A stretch of 64,000 nt of DNA, taken from positions 32,001-96,000 of the IMG/VR virus record IMGVR_UViG_3300032086_003797; one strand, written 5' to 3'. Source of the DNA: a virus. The notes beneath the pieces are model-generated. The model was given only the letters and a program-made list of their open reading frames with translations. It was not told the DNA's origin and made no database searches. The position numbers and the translations under genes are program-made. Of the stretch, positions 20,601-28,525 are shown piece by piece. Every line of letters starts with the position of its first letter. Positions within the stretch are counted from its first letter, which is position 1.

Positions 20601-21087
20601 GATGGATGATCGCTTCACAGGGATGAAACACTTTTGGTCTTCTGTGGCAGTCGATCGCCCACGCAAGGAGAAGAACCTAATTGAGAATATTGACGCATAC
20701 AAAGAAGAAGGTAGCTTTACAAAGGAAGAAAAGATAGAACATCTAACAACCTTGACGGGAATCTATCCTATCGATCTAATCATGGATGATTTTACAAAGC
20801 AAGCTCTCATGAATAAGGGTTGCCCTCCCATCTCCGAGTTCGACCCCGAGCTTATCCTTTGTTGGTTCATTCCAAGAGAGATCAAGGTCAAGAAGACGAA
20901 GCACGGCAAGAAATATTATATTGTGTCAGTGACAGATCACAACGGAGCAGATGAGCAGATCAAATGCTGGGGTGTAAAAGACACAGACATTATTAAAACT
21001 AATCGTATTTACGTTGGCAAGCTTAAACATGAACCACGATGGGGATTTAGTACTTACAGCGTCAAGCATAATCTTAGGCTTTTATAA
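17653..21087 (+). CDS. dnaE: DNA polymerase III alpha subunit
   Basis: PHP domain (LHAHS, LTDHG, SDSHY), GRGSAAGS, YPDIDFD, SRHAGG, KFDLLGL, GYGFNLSHA; start probably ATG 17659. Confidence 0.96.
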   Translation: MHMTKRIESKIPFVGLHAHSGLSPFDGLGMPGEHMDFAFENGMNAHSLTDHGHMNGLSFQVEHLKKMRADGKDFKAIYGCEAYFIKSHKKWRQQYEEHKASSKRQKKEEFAMVVEDENRQKKFNPLNIRRHLVLLVQNQVGLSNLFKLVSDSYRPENFYRYPRIDFEMLDKYNEGLLVSSACMSGPLFGDFWKHRDPVTHEYDADMVLASMRQTIGEFQDIFGDRFYGEIQWNDIPEQHIVNDLIIQACTEMGAEVISTSDSHYPRPELWKDREMYRRIGWAGKAPYEDQDAHRLPESVEEIGYELYPRNGDQMWDAYKKYAGRSKVEYDDDFVLASIERTHQIAFDRIEDFLPDSEVRLPDFVVPEGSTAMQTLTKQALKGLKDKDLKDQEYIDRLKYELSVIKDRGFAQYFLTMKAISDRAQEEMLVGLGRGSAAGSLLSYVLDITQVDPIKYALQFERFLTKGGKGYPDIDFDVEEPMQLKEQLAEEWGKIGVNVVPISNFNTLQLRSLIKDIGKFYGVPFAEVNKVTGVMMSEATPKAKAAHGQTAGVYVPTFEEVKKYSETLQAFFDKYPEIATHVDNLFGNVRSVSRHAGGIVVAENLDKHMPLINSGGVMQTPWSEGQNVRHLEPLGFIKFDLLGLSTLRMISGAIRHVLKRHHGIEEPTFEQVRAFYDEKLHPDVIDFDDQEVWKNIFHKGKWAGVFQMTSGPAQAFCQEAKPESLMDFAAITAIFRPGPLSAKADKMYIANKSNPDQVEYKHPLIEEVLGDTYGLLVFQEQLAMLAHKLGDNISLDEGNLLRKVLTKRGTGKDSVRDKIYAKFVKGCNDKGLSEQVAKDLWAKMVFFSGYGFNLSHAVSYGAVSFQCAWLAHYYPTEWIAAFLDKEPEKRKMAAINTAKKFGFNIVPASINKSGMVWEISEDGQNLIQPLTAIKGLGSTAIQQILDHRPFNTIEEFIFNENITYSKLNKKALDVLVRSQALNELMDDRFTGMKHFWSSVAVDRPRKEKNLIENIDAYKEEGSFTKEEKIEHLTTLTGIYPIDLIMDDFTKQALMNKGCPPISEFDPELILCWFIPREIKVKKTKHGKKYYIVSVTDHNGADEQIKCWGVKDTDIIKTNRIYVGKLKHEPRWGFSTYSVKHNLRLL

Positions 21088-21096
21088 CATATAGTA

Positions 21097-21106
21097 ACTA
21101 TTTATA
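21097..21106 (+). promoter_or_regulatory. Putative phage late-promoter motif ACTATTTATA
   Basis: Same motif at 25782, 28209, 62497 and on the minus strand at 40883, each just upstream of a gene start. Confidence 0.55.
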
Positions 21107-21149
21107 TTGTATTACCGCACCCGCAAGGTGCCCAAAGGGGATTTATCAA

Positions 21150-21389
21150 ATGAAGATTACTAAAGAACAACTCAAACAAATCATTAAAGAAGAAGTTGCT
21201 AGAGAGATGAACGAAGAGTACAGCACACAAATGGAAGTACTGTTCCAAGAGCTTATGCGAGTAGCCCAAGAGATGGGTGGAACACCAGAGATTATGGATG
21301 ATCTTCTAGCTATGCAGAATCGCCATGGTGGAACAAAGCCAAGCGAAACTGGTGCTGGCGATATAGACATGAGCAAGATGGACATCTAA
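21150..21389 (+). CDS. MKITK-tag protein 1
   Basis: Starts MKITKEQLKQIIKEE. Confidence 0.8.
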   Translation: MKITKEQLKQIIKEEVAREMNEEYSTQMEVLFQELMRVAQEMGGTPEIMDDLLAMQNRHGGTKPSETGAGDIDMSKMDI

Positions 21390-21390
21390 G

Positions 21391-21660
21391 ATGAAGATTA
21401 CAAAGCAGCAACTAAAACAAATTATTAAAGAAGAGGTTGGTCGCTACGCAGACCTTGGTAAAAACCCTCACGCAGACCAGCCACACGTTGCGGCTTTAAT
21501 GGAGATGCGTCAAAAGATCGGTTCACTTTCAAACGACATTGTTGATAAGTTGGGCGGCAGCGTTCCGATTCAAGATGCACAGAGTTATCTTGATGATGCT
21601 GCTAGGAACATCTCTAAGGCAATGGACGAGATCATGTTAGCATTGGAGATGGACTCATGA
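21391..21660 (+). CDS. MKITK-tag protein 2
   Basis: Starts MKITKQQLKQIIKEE. Confidence 0.8.
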   Translation: MKITKQQLKQIIKEEVGRYADLGKNPHADQPHVAALMEMRQKIGSLSNDIVDKLGGSVPIQDAQSYLDDAARNISKAMDEIMLALEMDS

Positions 21661-21758
21661 AAAACTTTTTACACAAATTAGTTAACTTATTCAATAGCAG
21701 CCACTGTTGCTGCTGCTGTGGCTGTTGCGCTTGCACTAGCTGCGAAGGGGCATGTTAG
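21657..21758 (+). CDS. 33-aa Cys-rich (metallothionein-like) peptide
   Basis: MKNFLHKLVNLFNSSHCCCCCGCCACTSCEGAC; overlaps the upstream stop (ATGA) and abuts the next ATG. Confidence 0.6.
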   Translation: MKNFLHKLVNLFNSSHCCCCCGCCACTSCEGAC

Positions 21759-22130
21759 ATGAAAGAACTATTATCAGAGTGGCGCAAGTATATTACAGAA
21801 GTCAGGTATTCTGGCAACCAGGGCGATCGACAAAAAGAAGTTGTCGAAGCAATGCTCAAAGAGCTTGGTTTGGTCGGTGACGAAAACACAGACAAAGCAA
21901 CATACGCATACACCTACACGCTCAGGTCTGTAGCAAAAAATCAGAACCTTAACGACAAGCAGAGAGCGGCGCTAGAAGACCCTCGCTTCAAGAAAGCTAC
22001 TGGCATGTTCATGGAGTTCAAGAAGGAACTAGAGGGACAAGATGCGGACCCAGAGATAATTTTTGAAACTGCAACAATGCTAACCAAAGAGGCAGGTAAT
22101 CGTCTATCTGACGAAGATGATTTAGGCTGA
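21759..22130 (+). CDS. Hypothetical protein with MKELLSEWRKYITE leader
   Basis: Amphipathic N-terminus ending I-T-E; lies inside the tag cluster. Confidence 0.75.
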   Translation: MKELLSEWRKYITEVRYSGNQGDRQKEVVEAMLKELGLVGDENTDKATYAYTYTLRSVAKNQNLNDKQRAALEDPRFKKATGMFMEFKKELEGQDADPEIIFETATMLTKEAGNRLSDEDDLG

Positions 22131-22140
22131 GGGATAACAA

Positions 22141-22380
22141 ATGAAAATTACAAAACAACAATTACAACAAATAATCAAAGAGGAACTCCTCAAGGAACGG
22201 CTGGACGAAGAACTTGAGGTTGTTATGCAACACCTAGAGAAGGCACAGGAACTTCTTGGAGATTATATTAGAGAACAGGGGGGTGACTACCATCCGCTTA
22301 TGGACGCAGAAGATCAACTTAGGACCGTAATTGGTGACGTTGGTAGAAGCGGCAGCGAAGGCGCTGGATTCGGATTTTAA
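22141..22380 (+). CDS. MKITK-tag protein 3
   Basis: Starts MKITKQQLQQIIKEE. Confidence 0.8.
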   Translation: MKITKQQLQQIIKEELLKERLDEELEVVMQHLEKAQELLGDYIREQGGDYHPLMDAEDQLRTVIGDVGRSGSEGAGFGF

Positions 22381-22381
22381 A

Positions 22382-22558
22382 ATGAAAATCACCAAAGACC
22401 AACTGCGAAATATTATTAAAGAAGAAATCTCAGATCGTGACAAAGATACGATGAATGATGTTATAGCAGAGCTTAAGAAAGCCGTGCAGGCACATAAGTC
22501 CCAGCATGAAAGACTACAAGCTATCCTAGACAGACTAGTAGATAGCGAGGGAGATTAA
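22382..22558 (+). CDS. MKITK-tag protein 4
   Basis: Starts MKITKDQLRNIIKEE at ATG 22382. Confidence 0.8.
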   Translation: MKITKDQLRNIIKEEISDRDKDTMNDVIAELKKAVQAHKSQHERLQAILDRLVDSEGD

Positions 22559-22559
22559 A

Positions 22560-23210
22560 GTGAAAATCACAAAAACTCAACTACGAAATATTATTAGACA
22601 AGAGTTAGCAGAAGAAACCCAAGGCGAGATGAACCTGGCGGGGATCAATAAGACGATCCATGCTGGCTTGTTAGATCGTGGCAGAGACAACGACCTTTAT
22701 GATGCACTGGTCAAAGCCGCTGTAGAATATGAAGAACACTTAACTAAAGTGCTGGCGAGTATTATTCCAGATATGAAGAGCAAGCCAATTGCTCACATAG
22801 AGTCAATCACCACAGGTGTTTTGAGGTATGATATATATTACCCAGAGCATATTGAGATAGAACTCAAGGCTATTCCAAACCGAGGCGACACATCTAAAAC
22901 CGTATTCAACCTTAGTGTACAGTTCCCCTTTGGTGATGATAAGCTCGAAGACGAGAAATATGATGCCCTCAAGAAACTAAGAGGCGGTCATGGAAACATC
23001 GGCAGCGTAAAGGGCGTGTTGAATCTATTGGCACAAGGCGGCAGCCTTTATAAGAGCCAGACCAAAGGCTTGGCAGCCGAGCCAGAAGGTCAAGGCGAAC
23101 TGCCATTCGGCGAAAGCAAAAAACGCCATATTAAAATCTCAAATAACACACTGAATAAAATTATTCAGGAAGAGCTTAGAAATGTTTTATTGGAGAAGGG
23201 GAGCAAGTAG
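22560..23210 (+). CDS. MKITK-tag protein 5 (tag at both ends)
   Basis: N-terminal MKITKTQLRNIIRQE and C-terminal IKISNNTLNKIIQEE. Confidence 0.8.
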   Translation: MKITKTQLRNIIRQELAEETQGEMNLAGINKTIHAGLLDRGRDNDLYDALVKAAVEYEEHLTKVLASIIPDMKSKPIAHIESITTGVLRYDIYYPEHIEIELKAIPNRGDTSKTVFNLSVQFPFGDDKLEDEKYDALKKLRGGHGNIGSVKGVLNLLAQGGSLYKSQTKGLAAEPEGQGELPFGESKKRHIKISNNTLNKIIQEELRNVLLEKGSK

Positions 23211-23213
23211 AAC

Positions 23214-24131
23214 ATGAACATCAAACAACTCAGAGAGTTAATTATAGAAACACAAAGAGAGATGCTACAGGAGCGTCAAAGCTTTTTGCTTGATCAGCCT
23301 GGCGTAGTCAATGAAGAACTACTGGATGAGGGTGTTTATGATAAGGGCATTCTCAAAGCAGTCTTCACAGCGGGCGGACCAGGCAGTGGTAAATCTTATG
23401 TGGCTGACGTAATGTTTGATGCCAGAGAAGCTGGCAAGGATAAGCAGTTTGATGCTGCCTCGTTTGTTGGTCGCTATGGGCTTAAATATGTTAATAGCGA
23501 CAACTTGTTTGAGATAGGCCTCAAGAAGATGGGTATCCCACTCGCTGATCTTGGTGCCATCTCGCAAGCTGCCAAAGAAGGCGGCGAGTATAAAGGACAA
23601 GATGCAAAAGAACTAGCACAACAGATTGGTCTGCTGGGTAAGCGAGCCGACTCTACCCGAGCCATCGCCAAGGGTAAGCTAGCAAAGCTTCAGGGCTATT
23701 ATGCCGCTGGTCGCCTGGGGATGCTGATTGATGGTACTGGCAAAGATTATAATAAGATGGTGCAAAAAAGGCAACGCTTGATTGACCTTGGGTACGACAC
23801 CTACATGATCTTTGTGGACACCTCCCTAGATCGTGCTCTAAAGCAAAACGCAAAGAGAGAAAGAAAGTTAGACCCTGAAGAAGTACAGAAGATGTGGCAG
23901 CAAGTTCAGGACAATAAGGAAAACTATCAAGAGCTATTTGGCGCTAATAATTTTACAATCGTTGTCAACAATGAGCCAGTGCCACCAACCAAGGAAGCAA
24001 CAAGATCGGTGCAGAGATTCGCCGAGGCTCCAGTTGAAAACCCTCTGGGTCAATCTTGGATGAACGTACAGCTTGCCGCCAAGGATACTTCGGGTGACGC
24101 ACCCTCAGAAGAACCTTCCGAAGAAGAATAA
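23214..24131 (+). CDS. P-loop kinase (zeta-toxin/AAA_33-like) with tag-like leader
   Basis: AGGPGSGKS, YVNSD, LIDGTG, MIFVDTSLDRALKQNAKR; leader MNIKQLRELIIE. Confidence 0.75.
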   Translation: MNIKQLRELIIETQREMLQERQSFLLDQPGVVNEELLDEGVYDKGILKAVFTAGGPGSGKSYVADVMFDAREAGKDKQFDAASFVGRYGLKYVNSDNLFEIGLKKMGIPLADLGAISQAAKEGGEYKGQDAKELAQQIGLLGKRADSTRAIAKGKLAKLQGYYAAGRLGMLIDGTGKDYNKMVQKRQRLIDLGYDTYMIFVDTSLDRALKQNAKRERKLDPEEVQKMWQQVQDNKENYQELFGANNFTIVVNNEPVPPTKEATRSVQRFAEAPVENPLGQSWMNVQLAAKDTSGDAPSEEPSEEE

Positions 24132-24155
24132 ATAAATCCTTTACAAATAGTATAG

Positions 24156-24464
24156 GTGTGGTATCCTTATAAAGAAAGGGGTACAGTGGATAAGAAACAA
24201 AAGAAAAGCCTCAAGCGCAAGGCTAAGAATAAAAAGCAGAAGCAAGCGTCTGAGGAAGCCCAACGGCGGATGCAGAAGCAGATTAATTTGTTTGACAAAC
24301 TACCAAAAACATGTTCTACTTGTAGTATGGAATTCCCAAAGACAAGAGAAGCACACATGAGTTGGAAAGTAGTAGTTAGAGCTAAGAACGAGATGGTTAG
24401 GTTATTCTGCCCAGCCTGTCAAAACAAAGTCACTGAACTTGTAGGAGAACAAAGTGAAGTTTAA
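24156..24464 (+). CDS. Basic zinc-finger hypothetical protein
   Basis: CSTC and CPAC pairs. Confidence 0.65.
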   Translation: MWYPYKERGTVDKKQKKSLKRKAKNKKQKQASEEAQRRMQKQINLFDKLPKTCSTCSMEFPKTREAHMSWKVVVRAKNEMVRLFCPACQNKVTELVGEQSEV

Positions 24465-25500
24465 AGAAGCAGTCACTTATGATGATATGCTTTTGGTGCC
24501 GCAGTACAGCGATATCGAAAGTAGGAGCGAGGTAGACATTACAAACTACCTTGGGCACAGAGAGTTTACTTTACCTATCATTGCTTCACCGATGGACACC
24601 GTGTCTGAAACAGAGATGGCAGTCACCATGATTAACGCTGGCGGGCTTGCTGTACTCCACCGTTACAACTCTATCACAGAGCAACAAGCTATGGCAGTCG
24701 AAGTAGACAAGGCTACTAACTTGGTTGAGAAAAAGCTCGCCGCTGCTATCGGCGTGACGGGTGATTACCTAGAGCGTACCGAGGCGCTTATCAGTGCTGG
24801 TGTTGATATCCTCTGTGTGGATGTTGCCCATGGACATCATGCCTTGATGAAGAAAGCACTTACGACTTTGCGGCAAGAATATGGAAATAATATTTATATT
24901 ATGGCAGGCAACGTCTGCACGTTAGAAGGTATCAACGATCTTGCTGATTGGGGTGCCAACGCAGTGCGCTGTAATATTGGTGGCGGCTCCATTTGTAGCA
25001 CTCGTATAGTCACGGGTCATGGATTGCCAGGCTTGCAAACAATCTTTGATTGTGCTAAAACAGACAGAGATGTTGCAATCATCGCAGATGGCGGAATCAA
25101 AACCTCTGGAGATATTGTCAAAGCCCTAGCCGCAGGAGCCGACTTTGTGATGTGTGGGTCTCTTCTGGCAGGCACAACTGAGAGTCCTGGCAGGGTGATC
25201 AGTCTACCCGATAATAGCAGGGTCAAAGAATATCGAGGCATGGCCTCTAAAGATGCACAAATGAACTGGCGCAACAAGTCTTCTACCCCAGAGGGCGTTG
25301 CCTCATATATTCCATTTAAGGGCAGTGCTATTGATATCTTGAGGGATCTTGATGGCGGTATTCGCAGTGGATTATCTTACACTGGTGCTCGTAGTATTGA
25401 CGAGCTACAACATAAAGTAGAGTGGGCCCGACAAACCTCAGCAGGCTTGATCGAGAGTGGTACACATATCCTAACAACCCAAAGCGGTCGGAGAAAATAA
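24454..25500 (+). CDS. guaB: IMP dehydrogenase/GMP reductase family, CBS-less
   Basis: [45 protein letters not shown]. Confidence 0.9.
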   Translation: MKFKEAVTYDDMLLVPQYSDIESRSEVDITNYLGHREFTLPIIASPMDTVSETEMAVTMINAGGLAVLHRYNSITEQQAMAVEVDKATNLVEKKLAAAIGVTGDYLERTEALISAGVDILCVDVAHGHHALMKKALTTLRQEYGNNIYIMAGNVCTLEGINDLADWGANAVRCNIGGGSICSTRIVTGHGLPGLQTIFDCAKTDRDVAIIADGGIKTSGDIVKALAAGADFVMCGSLLAGTTESPGRVISLPDNSRVKEYRGMASKDAQMNWRNKSSTPEGVASYIPFKGSAIDILRDLDGGIRSGLSYTGARSIDELQHKVEWARQTSAGLIESGTHILTTQSGRRK

Positions 25501-25501
25501 A

Positions 25502-25768
25502 TTGTATAAGTTAGAAAATGGTAGCATTTGTTTTGATTTCTTTGACAGGCTCAGTAAGTCATGCAGCAAGCAAGAATGTAGACACTGGATCGACTACGAG
25601 GGAGATAGTAACTGTTCAGTAGTTTGTGCAAATAAAAACCCAGGCGGTCTAAGCCTGCGAGACGTCGCCGATCGATTACAGATTAGCTTCCCGAGAGTCA
25701 AGCAAATTCAAGATAAAGCAATGGAAAAAGCAGGCAAAAGAGGACTTTTTGATTTCATGGAGGAATAA
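25502..25768 (+). CDS. Stand-alone sigma70 region-4-like HTH with Cys-rich N-terminus
   Basis: LSLRDVADRLQISFPRVKQIQDKAMEK. Confidence 0.7.
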   Translation: MYKLENGSICFDFFDRLSKSCSKQECRHWIDYEGDSNCSVVCANKNPGGLSLRDVADRLQISFPRVKQIQDKAMEKAGKRGLFDFMEE

Positions 25769-25846
25769 TACTTTTTACCCAACTATTTACTAACAGTTGA
25801 CGAAGACGTCATCTAAGTATATCTGATTTATTAAGGAGTTGAATAA

Positions 25847-26389
25847 ATGACAAAGCAAGATAAACTACTAAACGAACAGACCATCCGCAGATGGGCTAAG
25901 TTAGCTGACGTTAACGTCATCAGCGAAACATTCTTCGCAGACGAAGAAGAAGTTACAGAGAATACCGAGACAGAAGAAACTGACGAAGAAGAAACGGTAA
26001 CCGAAGACGGTGCCGCTACTGAGGAAAACACCATCGAAGAAGAGGCTCACGAAGAGGGCGAGGAAGAAGGTGATATGGATGTAGAGATGGACATGGGCGA
26101 CGCAGACGATGCCGAAGGCATGGATGTTGTTCAAGCTGTCCTAAAAGCTCTTGAGCCATTTGGTGTTGAGACTGAAGAAGATGATGAAGCAGAAGAGGCA
26201 GCACCAGAAATGGAAGCTGGCGAAGCTGAAGATGCCGCAATGGCAGCCGAAGATCCAGCAATGGATCATGGTATGGGAGATCGCTATAACCGCAAAGACG
26301 AGCAGATCGATCTAGAGGTTGTTGATGAAGAGGCTTTAACTGAAGCAGTGCTCAAGCGAGTTCTTGAGCGAATCCTTACTAAGAAGTAA
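25847..26389 (+). CDS. Highly acidic protein, scaffold/internal-head-like
   Basis: Very Glu/Asp-rich; helical ends LLNEQTIRRWAKLA and LTEAVLKRVLERIL; late motif at 25782. Confidence 0.65.
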   Translation: MTKQDKLLNEQTIRRWAKLADVNVISETFFADEEEVTENTETEETDEEETVTEDGAATEENTIEEEAHEEGEEEGDMDVEMDMGDADDAEGMDVVQAVLKALEPFGVETEEDDEAEEAAPEMEAGEAEDAAMAAEDPAMDHGMGDRYNRKDEQIDLEVVDEEALTEAVLKRVLERILTKK

Positions 26390-26421
26390 AGAAAGCCTTT
26401 ACACTTTGTCATTTATAAAGT

Positions 26422-26460
26422 AAGATGTAGGCCAGGGCAACTTGGTCTACATCTTTTTTT
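26422..26460 (+). terminator. Rho-independent terminator
   Basis: AAGATGTAGGCCA..TGGTCTACATCTT stem followed by a T run. Confidence 0.8.
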
Positions 26461-26481
26461 ATTTTATTGAAAGTTTAACTT

Positions 26482-26859
26482 ATGAGAGCAAGTGTAAGAG
26501 ATATTTTGAACCTGCTAAAGTTTGTAGGAGCTAGTGACGATGATAAGGTTGTCACCGCTGAAAAGCTTTTTGTAGCCAACAGGGTTCTTAATATAGCATA
26601 TGAGAAAATCGATAAAGGGCACATGGAGGTGGCAGACTTATCCCAGTATATCCAAGCCCTGATAGAGTACCGAGATGGGACGCTAGAATTTAATTTTGAA
26701 ATCGATGAACAGACAGGCGAAGATAAGGTATACTTTACACGCCAAGAGCAATCTATATACAGTAAGTACGCTGGTCAATTCAGGAACAGCAATCTTTATA
26801 ACGACTTGAAGTCAAGCAAAGGAAAATCTACACATGCCGAAGAAGACGAAGAAGAATAA
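26482..26859 (+). CDS. Hypothetical protein
   Basis: 125-aa ORF. Confidence 0.6.
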   Translation: MRASVRDILNLLKFVGASDDDKVVTAEKLFVANRVLNIAYEKIDKGHMEVADLSQYIQALIEYRDGTLEFNFEIDEQTGEDKVYFTRQEQSIYSKYAGQFRNSNLYNDLKSSKGKSTHAEEDEEE

Positions 26860-27577
26860 GGAAGAGGTCGAAGTACTAATTCCAGAATCCGATGCAGAAC
26901 TTGATGCTGCTTTGGAAATTGTTTCAATTGAGGACATGACTGAGGAAGAGATCAGGGAGGTAGTCCCTACATTAGTAGAGGTGGCTACTGAGAAGAGGAC
27001 CCCACGAGCTATTAACTTCTGTGGTAGTCTTGACGAAGAGGCAGCCTCCGCTATCATTTCAGCTATGATCTATCACAACTATAACAATAGTCTTGTTATG
27101 ATCAACACCGAGAAGACAAAGCAATACATGGCTGTAAAGCCTATGCAATTCTATATCTCAACATTTGGTGGCAACGCCGCAGACATGTTTGGCATCCACG
27201 ACTTGATGTTGTCAATGAGGTCGTCAACACCTATTGAAACAGTAGGACTCGGAAAGGTTATGTCTGCTGGTGTTCTGCTGCTGGCTTCAGGTGCTGAAGG
27301 CTGTAGGTTCATTGGTAGGAACACAAGAGTCATGATCCACTCGCTTCGTGCAGGACATCACGGTGCCATGCACGAACTGGAGACTGAGTACGAAGAAACC
27401 AGGTGGCTACAGGATCAATACATTCAGGCTCTAGCTAGCGTAACTAACATGAATAAGAGAATGATCAAGAAGATGATGGAAAGGAAGACAAATGTTTATA
27501 TCAATGCTAAGCAGGCTATTGAATTTGGTATTGCCGATCGAATCCTCGATCAGTCCTACTGGGATGTCCCAGAGTAA
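26834..27577 (+). CDS. clpP: ClpP-like protease subunit
   Basis: YISTFGG, catalytic Ser in MSAG, His in RVMIHS, AIEFGIAD. Confidence 0.85.
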   Translation: MPKKTKKNKEEVEVLIPESDAELDAALEIVSIEDMTEEEIREVVPTLVEVATEKRTPRAINFCGSLDEEAASAIISAMIYHNYNNSLVMINTEKTKQYMAVKPMQFYISTFGGNAADMFGIHDLMLSMRSSTPIETVGLGKVMSAGVLLLASGAEGCRFIGRNTRVMIHSLRAGHHGAMHELETEYEETRWLQDQYIQALASVTNMNKRMIKKMMERKTNVYINAKQAIEFGIADRILDQSYWDVPE

Positions 27578-27593
27578 GGAAGAGGTAGAAACA

Positions 27594-28205
27594 ATGAGTT
27601 TGCGGGAAATTATAGCTGATAGAGAAGCCGTCATTGCAGCCTATGAGAAAAAGGGCTACATGTTTTTTGACGGCAATAAAGATTATAATGTTAACATCTT
27701 CGGCGTCAGGGTAGACAACCCAGACAGCAATCGCTTTGACGACTACCTGTGTGCTGTATACAGAGAAGGCGGAGAGTGGAAACACCACGTTTGGAATGCT
27801 ACCACGGACCCAGGAAAACACTGGCTAGAAAACCCACTAAGCCCTAAGGGCACGGCTATCCTTATTCCAGGGCAGTATCGCTCAACCTGGAAGCTTGCCA
27901 AGCACCAAGGCAAGTACGAGGCACTGTGCCAGAGGAAGCCAGTTAGAGTTTGGCGTGACAACAACAAGGATGATATCCTAGATTACGGCTGTGAAGAAAC
28001 CCAAGAGGGTCTATTTGGCATCAACATCCACAGAAGCAATCCAAGGACACAATCTTATCTAGTAGAGAAATGGTCAGCAGGCTGTCAAGTGTTCCAGAAG
28101 GTTGACGACTATAATCTCTTCATGGAGATATGTAATAAGTCTGCAAAGGCTTTTGGCAATTCATTTACATATACTCTGTTTGAAGAGCGGGATTTTGCTA
28201 GTTAG
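27594..28205 (+). CDS. Putative cell-wall enzyme (YkuD/L,D-transpeptidase-like; possible endolysin)
   Basis: GINIHRS...WSAGCQV His/Cys motif; TTDPG. Confidence 0.55.
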   Translation: MSLREIIADREAVIAAYEKKGYMFFDGNKDYNVNIFGVRVDNPDSNRFDDYLCAVYREGGEWKHHVWNATTDPGKHWLENPLSPKGTAILIPGQYRSTWKLAKHQGKYEALCQRKPVRVWRDNNKDDILDYGCEETQEGLFGINIHRSNPRTQSYLVEKWSAGCQVFQKVDDYNLFMEICNKSAKAFGNSFTYTLFEERDFAS

Positions 28206-28239
28206 AAAACTATTTATACATTGAGGAGTACTTTTTACC

Positions 28240-28524
28240 ATGAACACATTTCAAATTACTAAAGCTAGGCTCAAGCAAATTATTAAGGAAGAGCAGCAAA
28301 AGCTCGATGAGGAGAGCCAGAGCTTGGAAGAAAAGTCAACTAAGAAGTATGACGACAACCCTAAGCTTAAAGGTGATCAAGATGAATTGCCCGACGGGCT
28401 CCAGAAAGCTATCATTGATAAAGAAGGCGGTGACGCCGATGAGGAAGAAGAAGAGAAGAACGAAAGTTTGGAACTTGAAGCTATGATCCGACAGGAAATA
28501 TTAGCAGCCTTAAACGGAGAATAA
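28240..28524 (+). CDS. MKITK-tag family protein 6
   Basis: FQITKARLKQIIKEE, C-terminal LEAMIRQE; late motif at 28209. Confidence 0.8.
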   Translation: MNTFQITKARLKQIIKEEQQKLDEESQSLEEKSTKKYDDNPKLKGDQDELPDGLQKAIIDKEGGDADEEEEEKNESLELEAMIRQEILAALNGE

Positions 28525-28525
28525 C

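Noticed and set aside
10362-21087. Inteins or introns in NrdJ or DnaE
   Set aside because: Lengths and motif spacing are normal, and no splice-junction or LAGLIDADG motifs were seen.
21150-22610. MKITK repeats as a DNA tandem repeat or DGR template
   Set aside because: Differences are largely synonymous rather than adenine-specific, and there is no reverse transcriptase in the window.
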